Source of the DNA: Rhizomicrobium sp.
GTDB lineage: Bacteria > Pseudomonadota > Alphaproteobacteria > Micropepsales > Micropepsaceae
Reading direction: 5' to 3'
NCBI GenBank assembly: GCA_035605955.1
Contig: DATNGI010000066.1
Span: 14,495-78,494, forward strand
Length of the DNA: 64,000 nucleotides
Shown in pieces: positions 9,049 to 18,976 of the stretch. Each line of letters begins with the position of its first letter. The stretch's first letter is position 1. Made by a program: the position numbers and the translations under genes. The notes under the pieces were generated by a model, which searched no databases, was not told where the DNA came from, and saw nothing but the letters and a program-made list of their open reading frames with translations.

Positions 9049-10380
9049 ATGGCGTCTTGGCGAACCAAACCGTCTTCCGGTGAGACCAGGATCGTGATCG
9101 CGTATCTGATCGCGGGATTTGTCGCGCGGCTGGCCTGGACATTCCTGGGCGAAGGGCTGAAGCCGATCAATGGCGAAAGCCACAATATCGCTTTGTCGCT
9201 GGTGCGCTTCGGCCGTTTCGCCGATCCCAACGCCGATGGCAGCGGGCCGAGCGCGCATGTGGGCATGCTGACGCCTTTGCCCTCGGCGCTCGCCTATCGT
9301 CTTTTCGGCATCGACACGCGGATCGCCGAATTCATGCTGTCCATGTGGGCGGCGGGGTTGGTGATGCTGTCGCTATGGCTGTGCTGGCGCTTGAGCGTGG
9401 CGCTCGGCGCCCCGCCCCTGGCGCGGGTGGGCGCGGTTCTTTTCGCCGCGCTGGTGCCGCTGCAATTCGGATTGGAAGTGCGCGATGGCAGGAGCTGGGA
9501 AGTCAATCTGGCGACGGTGTTGCTGGTGTGGCTGTTGCTGCGCCTGGTCCGGGCGGATGGCGACGACAAGCCGGCGCCGCGATCCCTGATTGTCACCGGC
9601 ACGCTGGCGGGATTTCTTTTCATCGTGAGCCCGCCCGCGGGCCTGGCCGGCGCAATCGCCATCGGCGTGTTTTCGTTTCTGTGCCTGCCGTTCCGGCAAT
9701 GGTGGCGCGCGCCGCTGGCCTTTGTGCTTGTGGCGGGTCTCTTGAGCGGCTTTTGGGCCCAGCGCAATCTCAGCGCGTTGGGTGAGCCGGTCCTGCTGCG
9801 CGACAATTTCGGATTGGAGTTGGCCCTCTCCAACTATTCCGGCGCGCTCGATCCCGCCGATCCGGCCGCCGCCTACAGGGCGCGACAGGCCGCGATCCAT
9901 CCGCACGCTTTGGGCGAGGGCGCTGAGCGGATGCAGCAATCGGGCGGCGAGCTTTCCTATTATCATGACCTTGGCCGAGAAGCCCAAAGATGGATCGCGC
10001 AGCATCCGGGAGACTTTCTGCGCTTGAGCAGCCGCCATCTGGTGGAATTCTTCCTGCCGCCCGGATGGTTCTGGACCACCTTCACTATGGAGGCGCACCT
10101 CCCGGAATTGCGCCAGCTTCTGGTCTGGCTCATCACTTTGGCGGGCCTGGCCAGCCTGGCCGCGATGGCATGGAAGAAGCGCGCTTATGCTTACGTTCTG
10201 ATCGTCACATTGACGGCGTCGCTGCCCTATATCGTGGTGCAGCCCACCTTGCGCTATCGCTATCTGGTTTCTTCGCTGCTGATCTTCGCGGCTTGCGATG
10301 GAACCGTAAGACTGAGCAATTATCTTCAAGACCGGGTGCGATCCAGGCGTGACATTCTGATACAAGAATCTGATGTTTGA
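9049..10380 (+). CDS. Polytopic membrane protein, ArnT/PMT GT-C-like glycosyltransferase candidate
   Basis: N-terminal loop E...IA.SL...GRF.DP; W..RN....G...L.RDNFG.EL; C-terminal RYRY motif; start position uncertain. Confidence 0.65.
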   Translation: MASWRTKPSSGETRIVIAYLIAGFVARLAWTFLGEGLKPINGESHNIALSLVRFGRFADPNADGSGPSAHVGMLTPLPSALAYRLFGIDTRIAEFMLSMWAAGLVMLSLWLCWRLSVALGAPPLARVGAVLFAALVPLQFGLEVRDGRSWEVNLATVLLVWLLLRLVRADGDDKPAPRSLIVTGTLAGFLFIVSPPAGLAGAIAIGVFSFLCLPFRQWWRAPLAFVLVAGLLSGFWAQRNLSALGEPVLLRDNFGLELALSNYSGALDPADPAAAYRARQAAIHPHALGEGAERMQQSGGELSYYHDLGREAQRWIAQHPGDFLRLSSRHLVEFFLPPGWFWTTFTMEAHLPELRQLLVWLITLAGLASLAAMAWKKRAYAYVLIVTLTASLPYIVVQPTLRYRYLVSSLLIFAACDGTVRLSNYLQDRVRSRRDILIQESDV

Positions 10381-10459
10381 TCGCGTGCTTGATCGGCGCT
10401 TGATTGGACCCTGCGGCTCACGCTAAAGCGGACCAACGGGAACCCGAACCGGGCAGAGA

Positions 10460-12028
10460 ATGGCTGAAGCGCGCGCCGCAACCCCTGCCGATGCTGAGCG
10501 CCTAATCGATCCGCCGCTCTTGATGGCGGGAATGTTCGCGATCGCCATGTTGCCGCTCTTGGCGGCGCCGGTTCTGCCGCTGATCGACTTCTACAATCAC
10601 CTGGCGCGCTTCTTCGTGTTGGCGCATCTCTCCGAAAGCGCCACGCTGCAATCCCATTATGTGGCGCATTGGGCGCTTCTGCCCGATGTGGGCGTGGATG
10701 TGGTGGGAACGCCGCTGCTGGTATTTCTGCCGCCCTTGGCCGCGGGCCATGTCATCGCCGTGCTGCTGCTCGCCAATCTTTATGCCGGCGCGCTTTATTT
10801 TCACCGCCGGCTCACGGGCCGTTCTTCGCTGCTGGTGGCTGTGCTGCTGCTGCCCTTGCTTTATTCCTATGTCTTGAATTGGGGCTTCGCCAATTTCCTG
10901 CTGGGCCTTGGCCTGGCCTTCTGGGCGGCGGGCTGGTGGCTCAAGCATCGCGCCGATGTGACGCGAGTGGTGATCGGCTCTTCTGTCTGGTCGCTGCTGA
11001 TCTTCTTCTGCCACGGCATCGCCTTCATGCTCTATGGCGTGCTGGTGGCGCTGCTGGAGGTGGGTTTTTTCCTGGAAAGCGGTCAGCGTTCGCCGCGGCT
11101 GTTGATGCGCCGGCTATTGCTGGTGTCGGCGCAGGCGGTGTTGCCAGTGATCTATTTCCTGTTTTGGAAATTCGGCCTGGCGGCAGGCGGCGAAGTCTCC
11201 GCCTTGGCCGACAACACGCCGCCGCCTTTTTTCGAGCGGCTGTCGCGCGCACTGACTTATCATCTGAAGACGGTGCTGCGGGTGGAAGAGAGCCCGTATC
11301 GTCTCCTGGATTTTGTCACGCTGGCTGTGCAGGCCGGCGCGGTCGGGTTTCTTCTTTTCACGCGGCGGCTCAAGCTGGCCGCGCCCGCCTGGCGGCTGGT
11401 GGCGGTGGTGCTGGTGCTGGCGCTTCTGCCGCTGCCGACCTTGTTCGGCGTGGGTTATATTGCCGACCGCGTGCCGCTCTTCGCCGCACTCTGTTTTCTG
11501 GCCGCGCTGACCCCGGGGGAAAAGAGCTGGAATGGGATCGGCCGCGGTCTGGCGCTGCTCCTGATCGCAATCGTGGGGTTACGTCTTTGCGCTATCGCTG
11601 TCGGCTGGCTTCCCTATGCCCAGACGTATCAGGAATTCCGCGCCATCGCGGCCGAACTGCCGCAAGGCAGCCTCACCCAGACCGTGATGGTGGGCAATGG
11701 CCGCCATGAAACCAATGTGCCCCGCTGCGAAATGTATGGCCCGCTGTTGGTGGCGCTTTATGGCCAGGCCGCGCCGTTGTTCGCCGACGAGAAACAACAG
11801 CCCTTGGCCATGACCGGCCGGCTGCGCCAGGCGGTGGGCGAGGGGCGGGTGCAGCCGGTATTAGATCCCAGGACGCAGGATTATGACGGCATGATCCGCC
11901 GCGCTTTCGCACGCGGCTTCGATCATGTGCTGGTGTGCAATGCCGGTTTGTTGGGCGGGCCTTACCCGAGAGGCGTGGAAGTGGTGGCGCGCACGCCGCA
12001 ATTCGCGCTTTTGCGCGCGGCGCGCTAG
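10460..12028 (+). CDS. Polytopic membrane protein, GT-C-like (paralog of 7325..8974)
   Basis: Same motif set as 7325..8974; RBS present. Confidence 0.75.
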   Translation: MAEARAATPADAERLIDPPLLMAGMFAIAMLPLLAAPVLPLIDFYNHLARFFVLAHLSESATLQSHYVAHWALLPDVGVDVVGTPLLVFLPPLAAGHVIAVLLLANLYAGALYFHRRLTGRSSLLVAVLLLPLLYSYVLNWGFANFLLGLGLAFWAAGWWLKHRADVTRVVIGSSVWSLLIFFCHGIAFMLYGVLVALLEVGFFLESGQRSPRLLMRRLLLVSAQAVLPVIYFLFWKFGLAAGGEVSALADNTPPPFFERLSRALTYHLKTVLRVEESPYRLLDFVTLAVQAGAVGFLLFTRRLKLAAPAWRLVAVVLVLALLPLPTLFGVGYIADRVPLFAALCFLAALTPGEKSWNGIGRGLALLLIAIVGLRLCAIAVGWLPYAQTYQEFRAIAAELPQGSLTQTVMVGNGRHETNVPRCEMYGPLLVALYGQAAPLFADEKQQPLAMTGRLRQAVGEGRVQPVLDPRTQDYDGMIRRAFARGFDHVLVCNAGLLGGPYPRGVEVVARTPQFALLRAAR

Positions 12029-12117
12029 GATCGGATTATTTGATTATCGCGGTTCCATATGGGGTTGCTTAGCGGCAGCGTCGTGGCAACCGCTTCAAAC
12101 TTTTCCTGGAACCGCTC

Positions 12118-12339
12118 ATGTCGCAAACGCGTCTGTTCTTCACCGTGGCCCTGGTCGCGCTGGTGGGCCTTTATGCCGCCTACACCTCGCCCGGCTCGAT
12201 GCTGAACGCTTGGCTCACCGGGCAATGTTTCGCCACAGACGCACCCAATGTCTGTCGCTGGCATGAGAAAGGCCATCGTTTGCCGAATGAACGGCCGCCG
12301 GTTCAGGCGGGACGGCCCGCCCGCGTGATCGTGCGGTAG
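12118..12339 (+). CDS. Small hypothetical membrane protein
   Basis: N-terminal hydrophobic helix; Cys pair; 4 bp before the next gene. Confidence 0.5.
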   Translation: MSQTRLFFTVALVALVGLYAAYTSPGSMLNAWLTGQCFATDAPNVCRWHEKGHRLPNERPPVQAGRPARVIVR

Positions 12340-12343
12340 CGCC

Positions 12344-12835
12344 ATGCTCGCGCGCCTGATCCTACTGGCTGCTCTCTCGGGACAAACGCACGCGCCTGAG
12401 ACGGTCACGTCACCGGACGCGTTGGCCTTCGGGCTGGAGAAACTGCAATGGGGGATGAACGCGCGCGAGGCGGTCCAGCGCTATCCGGCGCTGGAAGGCA
12501 CGCCGCCGGAGCAGGGCGAGCCCTGGAACAGCCTGTCGCTTGCCAATTTTCCTCTGGCGGGCTGCATCTTTACCGCGCGCTTGAATTTCGAGCGCGGCGC
12601 GTTGAGCGAAGTCGAGCTCGACAGTGTGGGCACGGTTCGGCTCGAGCGCTGCGGGGTGCGCATCAAATCCGTGCTTGGCCGGCAATATGGCGGCGAGCCC
12701 GGCGGCTTCAGCACCGGTCCTTCGCATGGCTATTCCGAATATGGCGCCTGGCGCGGCCCGGTGACGGAAGTGACTTATGCGCGGCTTGAAGGCGGTTTCA
12801 TCGCCGTGCATTTCTCGCGCACGCCCAAGCCATGA
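12344..12835 (+). CDS. Secreted hypothetical protein
   Basis: Hydrophobic N-terminus; F.GL.WGM motif typical of small beta-rich exported proteins. Confidence 0.6.
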   Translation: MLARLILLAALSGQTHAPETVTSPDALAFGLEKLQWGMNAREAVQRYPALEGTPPEQGEPWNSLSLANFPLAGCIFTARLNFERGALSEVELDSVGTVRLERCGVRIKSVLGRQYGGEPGGFSTGPSHGYSEYGAWRGPVTEVTYARLEGGFIAVHFSRTPKP

Positions 12836-12851
12836 TCGAGACCCCGCGCCT

Positions 12852-13142
12852 TTAGAGCGAGCGGGCCTGTGGGCCTACCAGAGGGCCGAAACCCTCTTCA
12901 TATTTGCGCCGCGCCACCCTTTCGCGCATGGGTGTTTGCGGGCGCTGGTCGACATATTGGGCGTAATGGCCGGCTTCGGTCAGCGCCTCGGCGATCGCGG
13001 ACGCCGCGCTGAGCGGCAAGCCCGAGGCGACGATGGTGCGCGGGCCGCTGCCGGTTTCGACGCGCAGAAACAACGTCACATCCGTATCAGGATGGGAGCT
13101 GCGCTCCAAAGTTCCCTCTTCATCCTCAAGATGCTGTCCCAT
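12852..13142 (-). CDS. Hypothetical protein
   Basis: ORF from MGQHLEDEE with RBS-like AGGG; protein-like composition. Confidence 0.5.
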   Translation of the reverse strand: MGQHLEDEEGTLERSSHPDTDVTLFLRVETGSGPRTIVASGLPLSAASAIAEALTEAGHYAQYVDQRPQTPMRERVARRKYEEGFGPLVGPQARSL

Positions 13143-13418
13143 GACGGCATGCCCTGTGTTGCTTTCACGTATGGTGCATCGCCCGTGCCAAGTGCGTTTT
13201 GGCACGTCCCGTAACAGGACGGCGCGGGTTTGGAGCCGATTTGCGGTTAATCCGCGTGGCCAGGAAAAGTGTTCTTGCGGTTGCCACGACGCTGCCGCTA
13301 GGCAACTCCGTCCGGCCGCGCGGCAAACAATAAGCCGCCGCCAGCAAAAGTGCGAAGCGGGACGTGCCCTTCGCTTCGCTCGGACCTAGGCAACTGCGCC
13401 CGGGCGGCCAACGAAACT

Positions 13419-13790
13419 TCAGTTGGTCCAGCGGTGCAGATCGGCGATGCGGTTATAATAGGCCCGCGCCAGGCAAGCCGCGCTGGCACAGGCATTGCGC
13501 TCACTCAGCCACATATCCTGTTCGGCATTGACCGCATCGCGCTGCTCGGCGCGGGACACGGCGCGGCGCAGCAGCGCATCTTCCTGAAGGTCCAGTTTCG
13601 CCAGCGCGTCGTCACCGCACACGATCAGAAGCGCTCTCGCCTTCGCCTTGCTGCAGTCGAAGCTGGGCTTGGTGATGGGCGGCGCGGGCGGCGATGCAGC
13701 TTGCGGCGGCGGCTTCGGCTGGGCATTCGCCGCAAGCGGCAGCGCGGAGAGAAGAAGCGAAAGCGACAATGTTAAAGCGTGGCGCATCAT
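13419..13790 (-). CDS. LprI (DUF1311) lysozyme-inhibitor-like secreted protein
   Basis: Signal peptide; PSFDC.KA......C.D..LA.LD and Q..WL..RN.C....CL...Y..RI..L motifs. Confidence 0.85.
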   Translation of the reverse strand: MMRHALTLSLSLLLSALPLAANAQPKPPPQAASPPAPPITKPSFDCSKAKARALLIVCGDDALAKLDLQEDALLRRAVSRAEQRDAVNAEQDMWLSERNACASAACLARAYYNRIADLHRWTN

Positions 13791-14011
13791 GAGGCTCCCC
13801 CGGCCTTCGGGACCAGCATGCGCCACCCGGACCCGCCGCTCAAGCGCGGCCCCTGCCTGGTGGGTCGGCGGGCGAAGCCGTTGTTTTCCTGGGGAATTCC
13901 GGATTTTTTGGGCTTTGACCGTCTCTCAACCTTTATGCCGTCCAATGGCTCGCCAAGGAGTGACGTGTGAGACTGATCCGGGGTTATCGCTTCCGTCGCG
14001 AGGCCATCAAG

Positions 14012-14260
14012 ATGATGAAGATGTTCTTCGTCGTCTGGATGGGCGGCTTTCTGCTTTTGGCCGGCATCAACTGGCTGGCGGGCAAGAACCCAACGCCATA
14101 TCTGATCGGCCTGGGTCTGACGGGTTGGATGCTGCCGGCTCTGGCGGGCGTGCTCTATGCCGTATGGGCCGCCATTCGCGCGATCGAGAAGAAGCAAGGC
14201 CGCACCTGGACCGACGAAGCCTGGTCGCCGGAAGCGCGCTCCAAAAATCTCGATAGGTAA
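14012..14260 (+). CDS. Small two-TM membrane protein
   Basis: Two hydrophobic segments; ATG at 14012. Confidence 0.55.
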   Translation: MMKMFFVVWMGGFLLLAGINWLAGKNPTPYLIGLGLTGWMLPALAGVLYAVWAAIRAIEKKQGRTWTDEAWSPEARSKNLDR

Positions 14261-14293
14261 GCCCCGGCCGCCAAAGGCGCTCGAAGAGGGGCA

Positions 14294-14331
14294 AGCTTTT
14301 CTAGGCTCGCTTTCGCTCGCCAAGAAAAGCT
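14294..14331 (-). repeat. Isolated tandem-GA hairpin related to repeat family A
   Basis: Minus strand reads AGCTTTTCT-t-GGC-GA-GC-GAAA-GC-GA-GCC-t-AGAAAAGCT. Confidence 0.6.
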
Positions 14332-14362
14332 AAGCCAACGCCGCGAGTGCAAGGCAGGCACC

Positions 14363-14402
14363 AAAAAAGAAAGGGCTGGATAGGGTGTTTCAATCCAGCC
14401 CT
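14363..14402 (-). terminator. Intrinsic terminator
   Basis: 10-bp stem AGGGCTGGAT/ATCCAGCCCT followed on the minus strand by TTCTTTTTT. Confidence 0.7.
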
Positions 14403-14555
14403 CTGCCGAAACCAGATAGAGTCACGAGAGCTAGGCTCCGGCGCGGCGAGTATCGAGGGCCCGCTTTACCGGCCCGTAAAGCCCGCCATTACAATTGCGA
14501 CCGCAATTGATGGAATTTGCGCGAGAGTGATGCGCGTCCTATTTTGGCTCGGCGC

Positions 14556-14822
14556 TCAATTCTTCTTGAACAGGCCACCCGCGAAATTCGTGGCAGCCCC
14601 CATCAAGGCGTCGTTGCCGCCACAATGATCGATCAAGGCCTGCACCTGATCGAGCGGCAGGCCATGCTCGCGCGCCGTGGCTTCCAGGGCCTCCATATGT
14701 CCCGCGCCGTCACCCATCTTGGATTGGAGCGTGGCCGAAAGCGCGCGCACCTGCTCGGCCGGTATGCCATAGCGGCCCGCCATTTCCTCGCATTTGCTTT
14801 CCATCATGTCGAACAGGCTCAT
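14556..14822 (-). CDS. Small hypothetical protein
   Basis: RBS AGGAG before MSLFDMME; helical composition. Confidence 0.65.
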   Translation of the reverse strand: MSLFDMMESKCEEMAGRYGIPAEQVRALSATLQSKMGDGAGHMEALEATAREHGLPLDQVQALIDHCGGNDALMGAATNFAGGLFKKN

Positions 14823-14981
14823 GGCGCCACTCCTTTGCAAAAGCCTCGCAAAGCAAAGTTTAGCAGGCGCGCATGACGGATTGGAGTCTGCTTCAAATGG
14901 GTCATTTTCGCCCTCAGATTCCATTTGTCAGCGGCGCCGGCCGGGAGCAGCATTGGGGCGCAATCCAGTCTGGAGACCATC

Positions 14982-15377
14982 ATGCGTAGCTTGATTGCTG
15001 CCACCATCGCTCTTTCTGTTCTTGCGGTTCCCGCATTCGCCGCCAAAAACGCGGGCAATGACGCCATGAAGTCCTGCGCCGCGGCCTGGCAAGCCATGTC
15101 CGCCGCCGACAAGGCCAAGACCACCTACAAAGCCTATTCCAGCGATTGCATGAAAGCTGGCGGGCCAAAGACCGCCGCCGCCGCACCCGCCACCGCCGCG
15201 CCCGCCGCCATGACGGCCAAGCCAGCTGCCACGGCATCGTCCGCATCCATGAAAGGGCCCGCAATGGCCGCCAAGCCGGCCGGCGCGACCGGCGTCTGCA
15301 AGGACGGCACCTACACTTCGGCCAAAAACCACACGGGCGCCTGTTCGGGTCACAAAGGCGTCGATCACTGGCTCTAG
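14982..15377 (+). CDS. Secreted protein with PsiF-like repeat and C-terminal DUF3761-like domain
   Basis: Signal peptide; MKSC...W..........Y..Y.SDC; Ala/Pro linker; [10 protein letters not shown]......GACSGHKGV. Confidence 0.75.
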   Translation: MRSLIAATIALSVLAVPAFAAKNAGNDAMKSCAAAWQAMSAADKAKTTYKAYSSDCMKAGGPKTAAAAPATAAPAAMTAKPAATASSASMKGPAMAAKPAGATGVCKDGTYTSAKNHTGACSGHKGVDHWL

Positions 15378-15558
15378 GTCGGACTTTGGCTTGAGGGATG
15401 GCACGGCCATGGCGAATGGCCGGCCCTTGTTCAATTGCTCGTCAAAACCCTGCTTTACCGCGAAAAACAGGGTTAAGTTGTGGTGAATCAGTCTCCGGCA
15501 GGCCTCCTTAAACATTGGCGTGCCAGGTTCGGGCCGGACCAGTCTTTCGGGGGGCGCC

Positions 15559-15999
15559 ATGGCGACCTATGTCGATGCCAGTCTTGGTGCGGATGAACGC
15601 GTCGTTTATCGCGGCGGCGTCAGCTGGGTGGTCTATCTCGCGCCGGTGATGATGATGGGTTTCGGCGCCGCCTGGGCGTTGTCTGGCGGCGGCGTGCCGG
15701 GTTTGATCCTGGTCTTGGCGGGCGTCTTGGCCGGCGCGGGCGCCTTCATCCGCCAGGCGACCAGCGAATTCGCCGTCACCAGCGCGCGCGTGGTCGCCAA
15801 GACCGGGCTTATCACCCGCAGCAGTATCGAAATCGCGTTGTCGAAAGTGGAATCCGTGGAAGTAAAGCAGGATATTCTGGGCCGGCTTTTGAATTACGGC
15901 AGCATCACCGTGTCGGGCACGGGCGGCACGCATGAGCCTTTCACCATGATCGACGATCCCATCGCCTTCCGCCGCGCGGTGCAGCAAGCGCAAAATTAA
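15559..15999 (+). CDS. Bacterial PH (bPH_2) domain membrane protein
   Basis: Two TM segments, then E..VT..RV..KTG...R...EI.L.KVESV.V.Q..LGR.L.YG. Confidence 0.85.
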   Translation: MATYVDASLGADERVVYRGGVSWVVYLAPVMMMGFGAAWALSGGGVPGLILVLAGVLAGAGAFIRQATSEFAVTSARVVAKTGLITRSSIEIALSKVESVEVKQDILGRLLNYGSITVSGTGGTHEPFTMIDDPIAFRRAVQQAQN

Positions 16000-16005
16000 G
16001 CGCGC

Positions 16006-16635
16006 TTACCCTGTCTTGCCGAGGTCGTAGTCGCCGCCACGCCTGGCCCGTATCTCGCCGGGCGAGATGCCGGAAAGGGTGGGATCGTTCGCGACCAAAG
16101 GATCCACGACGCGCTGCTCGGCATCGACGGCGGACGTGTCCATGATGACCGAATAGATCTCGACTTCATTCTTTTTCACCCGCGCCGTCACCAGCGCGCC
16201 GCCGCGCCGCAGCGCTTCGGTGTAGAGCGTTGCGTTCTCCCGGCTGACGCGGCTTTCGACCAAGGCGCCGATAAGCCCGCCCAGCGTGCCCAAGAGCACC
16301 GCGCCGATAAAGATGGGCGCGTACCAGGCCGCGGCGATCACTCTGTCCACGCCGGGCATGGCGATGACGCCGAAGCCCAGCGCCAATCCCAATGCCGCGC
16401 CTCCCACCACGCCGATGGTGCCGCCGGTGAGCGCGCCCTGGGCACGGTCGTCGCGGCCGTCGCGGTCTCTGTCATGGCGGGGATCGACATTGGCGCCGCC
16501 GGGCTCGTGCCAGCCTTGGCTGTCGCTGGCCAGGATGCTGATGGCCGAGCCCGGAAGGCCTGCGGCGCGCAGATTGCGGATCGCCTGATCGGCGGATGCA
16601 TAATGGCTATAGATGCGGGTGATCATCTGGCGCAT
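16006..16635 (-). CDS. General stress protein (YflT/17M-like, Gly-rich TM hairpin)
   Basis: Y..Y..A..AI..L..AG.....ISI; GA..GG..G..GG...GL; G...E.A..Y.E.LRRGG.LVT.R; RBS AGGAGG. Confidence 0.75.
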   Translation of the reverse strand: MRQMITRIYSHYASADQAIRNLRAAGLPGSAISILASDSQGWHEPGGANVDPRHDRDRDGRDDRAQGALTGGTIGVVGGAALGLALGFGVIAMPGVDRVIAAAWYAPIFIGAVLLGTLGGLIGALVESRVSRENATLYTEALRRGGALVTARVKKNEVEIYSVIMDTSAVDAEQRVVDPLVANDPTLSGISPGEIRARRGGDYDLGKTG

Positions 16636-16686
16636 CACGTCCTCCTAATTGGGGCGCTTCGCCTGGCAGCGGGTCATAAAGGCACT

Positions 16687-16711
16687 AACTCGCCAGTTCG
16701 CCGCTCGTTCC
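16687..16711 (-). promoter_or_regulatory. Putative EcfG/SigT general-stress promoter
   Basis: Minus strand GGAAC-N17-GTT about 50 bp upstream of the general stress protein. Confidence 0.55.
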
Positions 16712-16716
16712 AGGAA

Positions 16717-17121
16717 CTAATCCAGGAGGCGCACCGCGTTCAGGAAGCGCAGCCGGCCCAGATCCTGGGGCGAGACATAGTCGCGCGTGCGGAAACGGAT
16801 GATCTCGCCCTGTTTGCGGTGGAGCGCGCATTTGGCGATGGCGATCACGAATTCGATGCTGGGGACCTCCGCCTGCCAGGCAAGTCCGCTTCTGGCATGT
16901 TGCTCCACATGGAAAGGGCCGTCCGCACCGATGGGCCGCCAATCCTGTGCCAGCGCGCGGCGGCTGATGGCGAAGCGCTCGCTCGACGGCACCTCGACCA
17001 GTTCGCCATAGCGGCCTTCGTCGTCCAGAAGATTGATCACGATAGCGGCGCGGCGCGCTTCGCCGTCGCCGCTTTCGAACATTTCGCCCAGCATGAAACG
17101 ATCCGCCATATGGGCGTTCAT
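16717..17121 (-). CDS. Hypothetical protein
   Basis: 134-aa ORF with protein-like composition, no recognisable motif. Confidence 0.55.
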   Translation of the reverse strand: MNAHMADRFMLGEMFESGDGEARRAAIVINLLDDEGRYGELVEVPSSERFAISRRALAQDWRPIGADGPFHVEQHARSGLAWQAEVPSIEFVIAIAKCALHRKQGEIIRFRTRDYVSPQDLGRLRFLNAVRLLD

Positions 17122-17233
17122 GGGCGCGGCATTCTTTTGTTCATCGCCGGATTCTAGAGGTGATTCTCGGCGCCTGCCAAATCGGCCGGCCGTCCATGCT
17201 ATAGAAAGCAGTGCATCAAGTTAGGAGCTATCA

Positions 17234-17348
17234 ACCCCCTCCGCCCTTCGCAGCTTACTTTTGCGCGCTGGCTTGCGCCGTCGCGCAATAAGCGTGGCTC
17301 ACGGGCACCTCCCCCGCCAGCATGCTTCGCATGCGCAGGGGAGGCGGG
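17234..17348 (-). repeat. Intergenic repeat family B, copy 1
   Basis: Reverse complement aligns with 56769-56883 over ~115 bp (CCCGCCTCCCC..GCGCATGC-NNN-GCATGC..GGGGGAGGTGCCCGT..GCTTATTGCGC..GCGCAAAAGTAAGCTGCGAAGGGCGGAGGGGG). Confidence 0.9.
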
Positions 17349-17377
17349 TCATGGCCAAGACAGAAACGGGAGCGGAA

Positions 17378-17755
17378 ATGCGGATATGGGCTTTGATGGG
17401 CGTGGCGGCGACACTGGTCCTGATGGCGCGGCCGGTGGCGGCGGATCAGGCGGAAAATGATGTGCGCTGCCTGGTGGTGGCGTTGCAGATGGCGGGCGCG
17501 GATGCTCCGGCCGTCCGCGCCGCCGGCCTGACGGCGAGCTTCTACTGGATGGGCCGGGTGGACGCGTCGATCCCGCCCGACATGCTGGAGGATCGCATGA
17601 TCGCGGAGGTGGCGGCTTTGCGCGGTGCCACGCTCGCGGCGGAAGCACAGCGTTGCAGCGGCGAGCTTGTGACGCGGGGCCAGGCCATGACCGACATCGG
17701 CAAGGACATGCAGCGGCGTGGGCAAGAGATGGAATTAGAAGAAAAGAGTCGATAG
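17378..17755 (+). CDS. Secreted hypothetical protein
   Basis: Signal peptide MRIWALMGVAATLVLMARPVAA; Cys pair; alternative start at 17351. Confidence 0.7.
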   Translation: MRIWALMGVAATLVLMARPVAADQAENDVRCLVVALQMAGADAPAVRAAGLTASFYWMGRVDASIPPDMLEDRMIAEVAALRGATLAAEAQRCSGELVTRGQAMTDIGKDMQRRGQEMELEEKSR

Positions 17756-17928
17756 CGGCTTTTTGCCCCCATCTGTCTGCCACGGCCGCAAGCGGCCTAG
17801 CAGACATCTTCCCCCGCTAATGGCTTTGCGTTCCGCCGGCGAAAGCTCCCCCGGAGCTTTCGCTTATCGGCCTTACGGGAAGAAAGTCTCGACCAACACG
17901 CGCCATTGCGCGTCGCGTTTTCGTCAGA

Positions 17929-18600
17929 CTAGGCGAGAAGTGCGGGTCTGCGCGTACGGCCGAGGCGCAGCAAGCTCCCCGTCAAGCCGAAGCCCAGTAT
18001 CAGCATCATCCAGGTGGCCGGTTCGGGCACACTCGAAATCGAGATGCCGCCGATCACCGCGCCGAAGGAATTGTCCAGCGCGTCCTGGCTGAGGAAGGTC
18101 AGGATGTCACCGCCGCCCGTGCTGGTGAAGATCAGCGTCTCCAGCACGTAATCCATGTTGGAGTGGCTGTTTGCGCCGGTCACGTCATAGGTGAAGAGCT
18201 GGCTGGAGACATTGCCCACGCTGACCGCCACCGATTTGGTGGAGGGTCCGCCATCCGGATTGCCGGAGAGATAGAAGGAGAGCTTGTATTCTCCCGCAGC
18301 GGTGGTGAAAGCCTGGCTGAGGCCGCCGGCCATTTCACCATCCAAATCGACGCTGCCGCCGCCGGCAACAGGCGCGCTCCAGTAATTGCCCACCACGTCC
18401 ACGCTGTGGCCGAGCACCTGCCAGACATTGTTGGTCACGCCGCCGAAGGTGGCGCCGCCAAATTGGGTGAGGAATGGATTGACGGCAGGCGGAACGTCGA
18501 AATTGCCGTCCTGGATGATCGTGGCGGCGGACGCTGGAATGGCGGCGCCAAGCGTGGCCGCAAATGCGAGGCCAGCGAGGAGTTTTGTTGAGCGCGACAT
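17929..18600 (-). CDS. PEP-CTERM (PEPxxWA-type) surface protein with DUF642/choice-of-anchor C-like domain
   Basis: Signal peptide; SVDLDG...G.LSQ and LSFYLSGNPDGG; C-terminal VPEPATWMMLILGFG + TM + basic tail; RBS AGGAGG. Confidence 0.92.
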   Translation of the reverse strand: MSRSTKLLAGLAFAATLGAAIPASAATIIQDGNFDVPPAVNPFLTQFGGATFGGVTNNVWQVLGHSVDVVGNYWSAPVAGGGSVDLDGEMAGGLSQAFTTAAGEYKLSFYLSGNPDGGPSTKSVAVSVGNVSSQLFTYDVTGANSHSNMDYVLETLIFTSTGGGDILTFLSQDALDNSFGAVIGGISISSVPEPATWMMLILGFGLTGSLLRLGRTRRPALLA

Positions 18601-18976
18601 AGTCCCTCCTTCTTGTGCGAAATGCGATTTCAGAAACGGCGGAAGCAATTCGGAATCGGACCGTAGGACTCGGAAACACACGCCGCCACCGGAGAGATCG
18701 CCTGCGAGAAAGTATTTTTGTTTTGTATCAGCGCGCGGCAGCGATTTCTGGCGGATTTGTGGCGCACCGATCCCGCTTTGCGACACGCCAATTCATTGCG
18801 GCAGGAATGGGGCGCGATGTGCGCTGCGGCATGCAAAAGAGTCCCACAGAGGGACGCTGGGAACTTCTCTTTCCCCGCATTTCGCAGACGCCCGACTGCC
18901 GATCGTCGAGAATCCGTTTGCGATGCCCGTCAAACCGCGTCACACCGCGGGCAGTCTCGAACCGTGGGAGGGCCTC

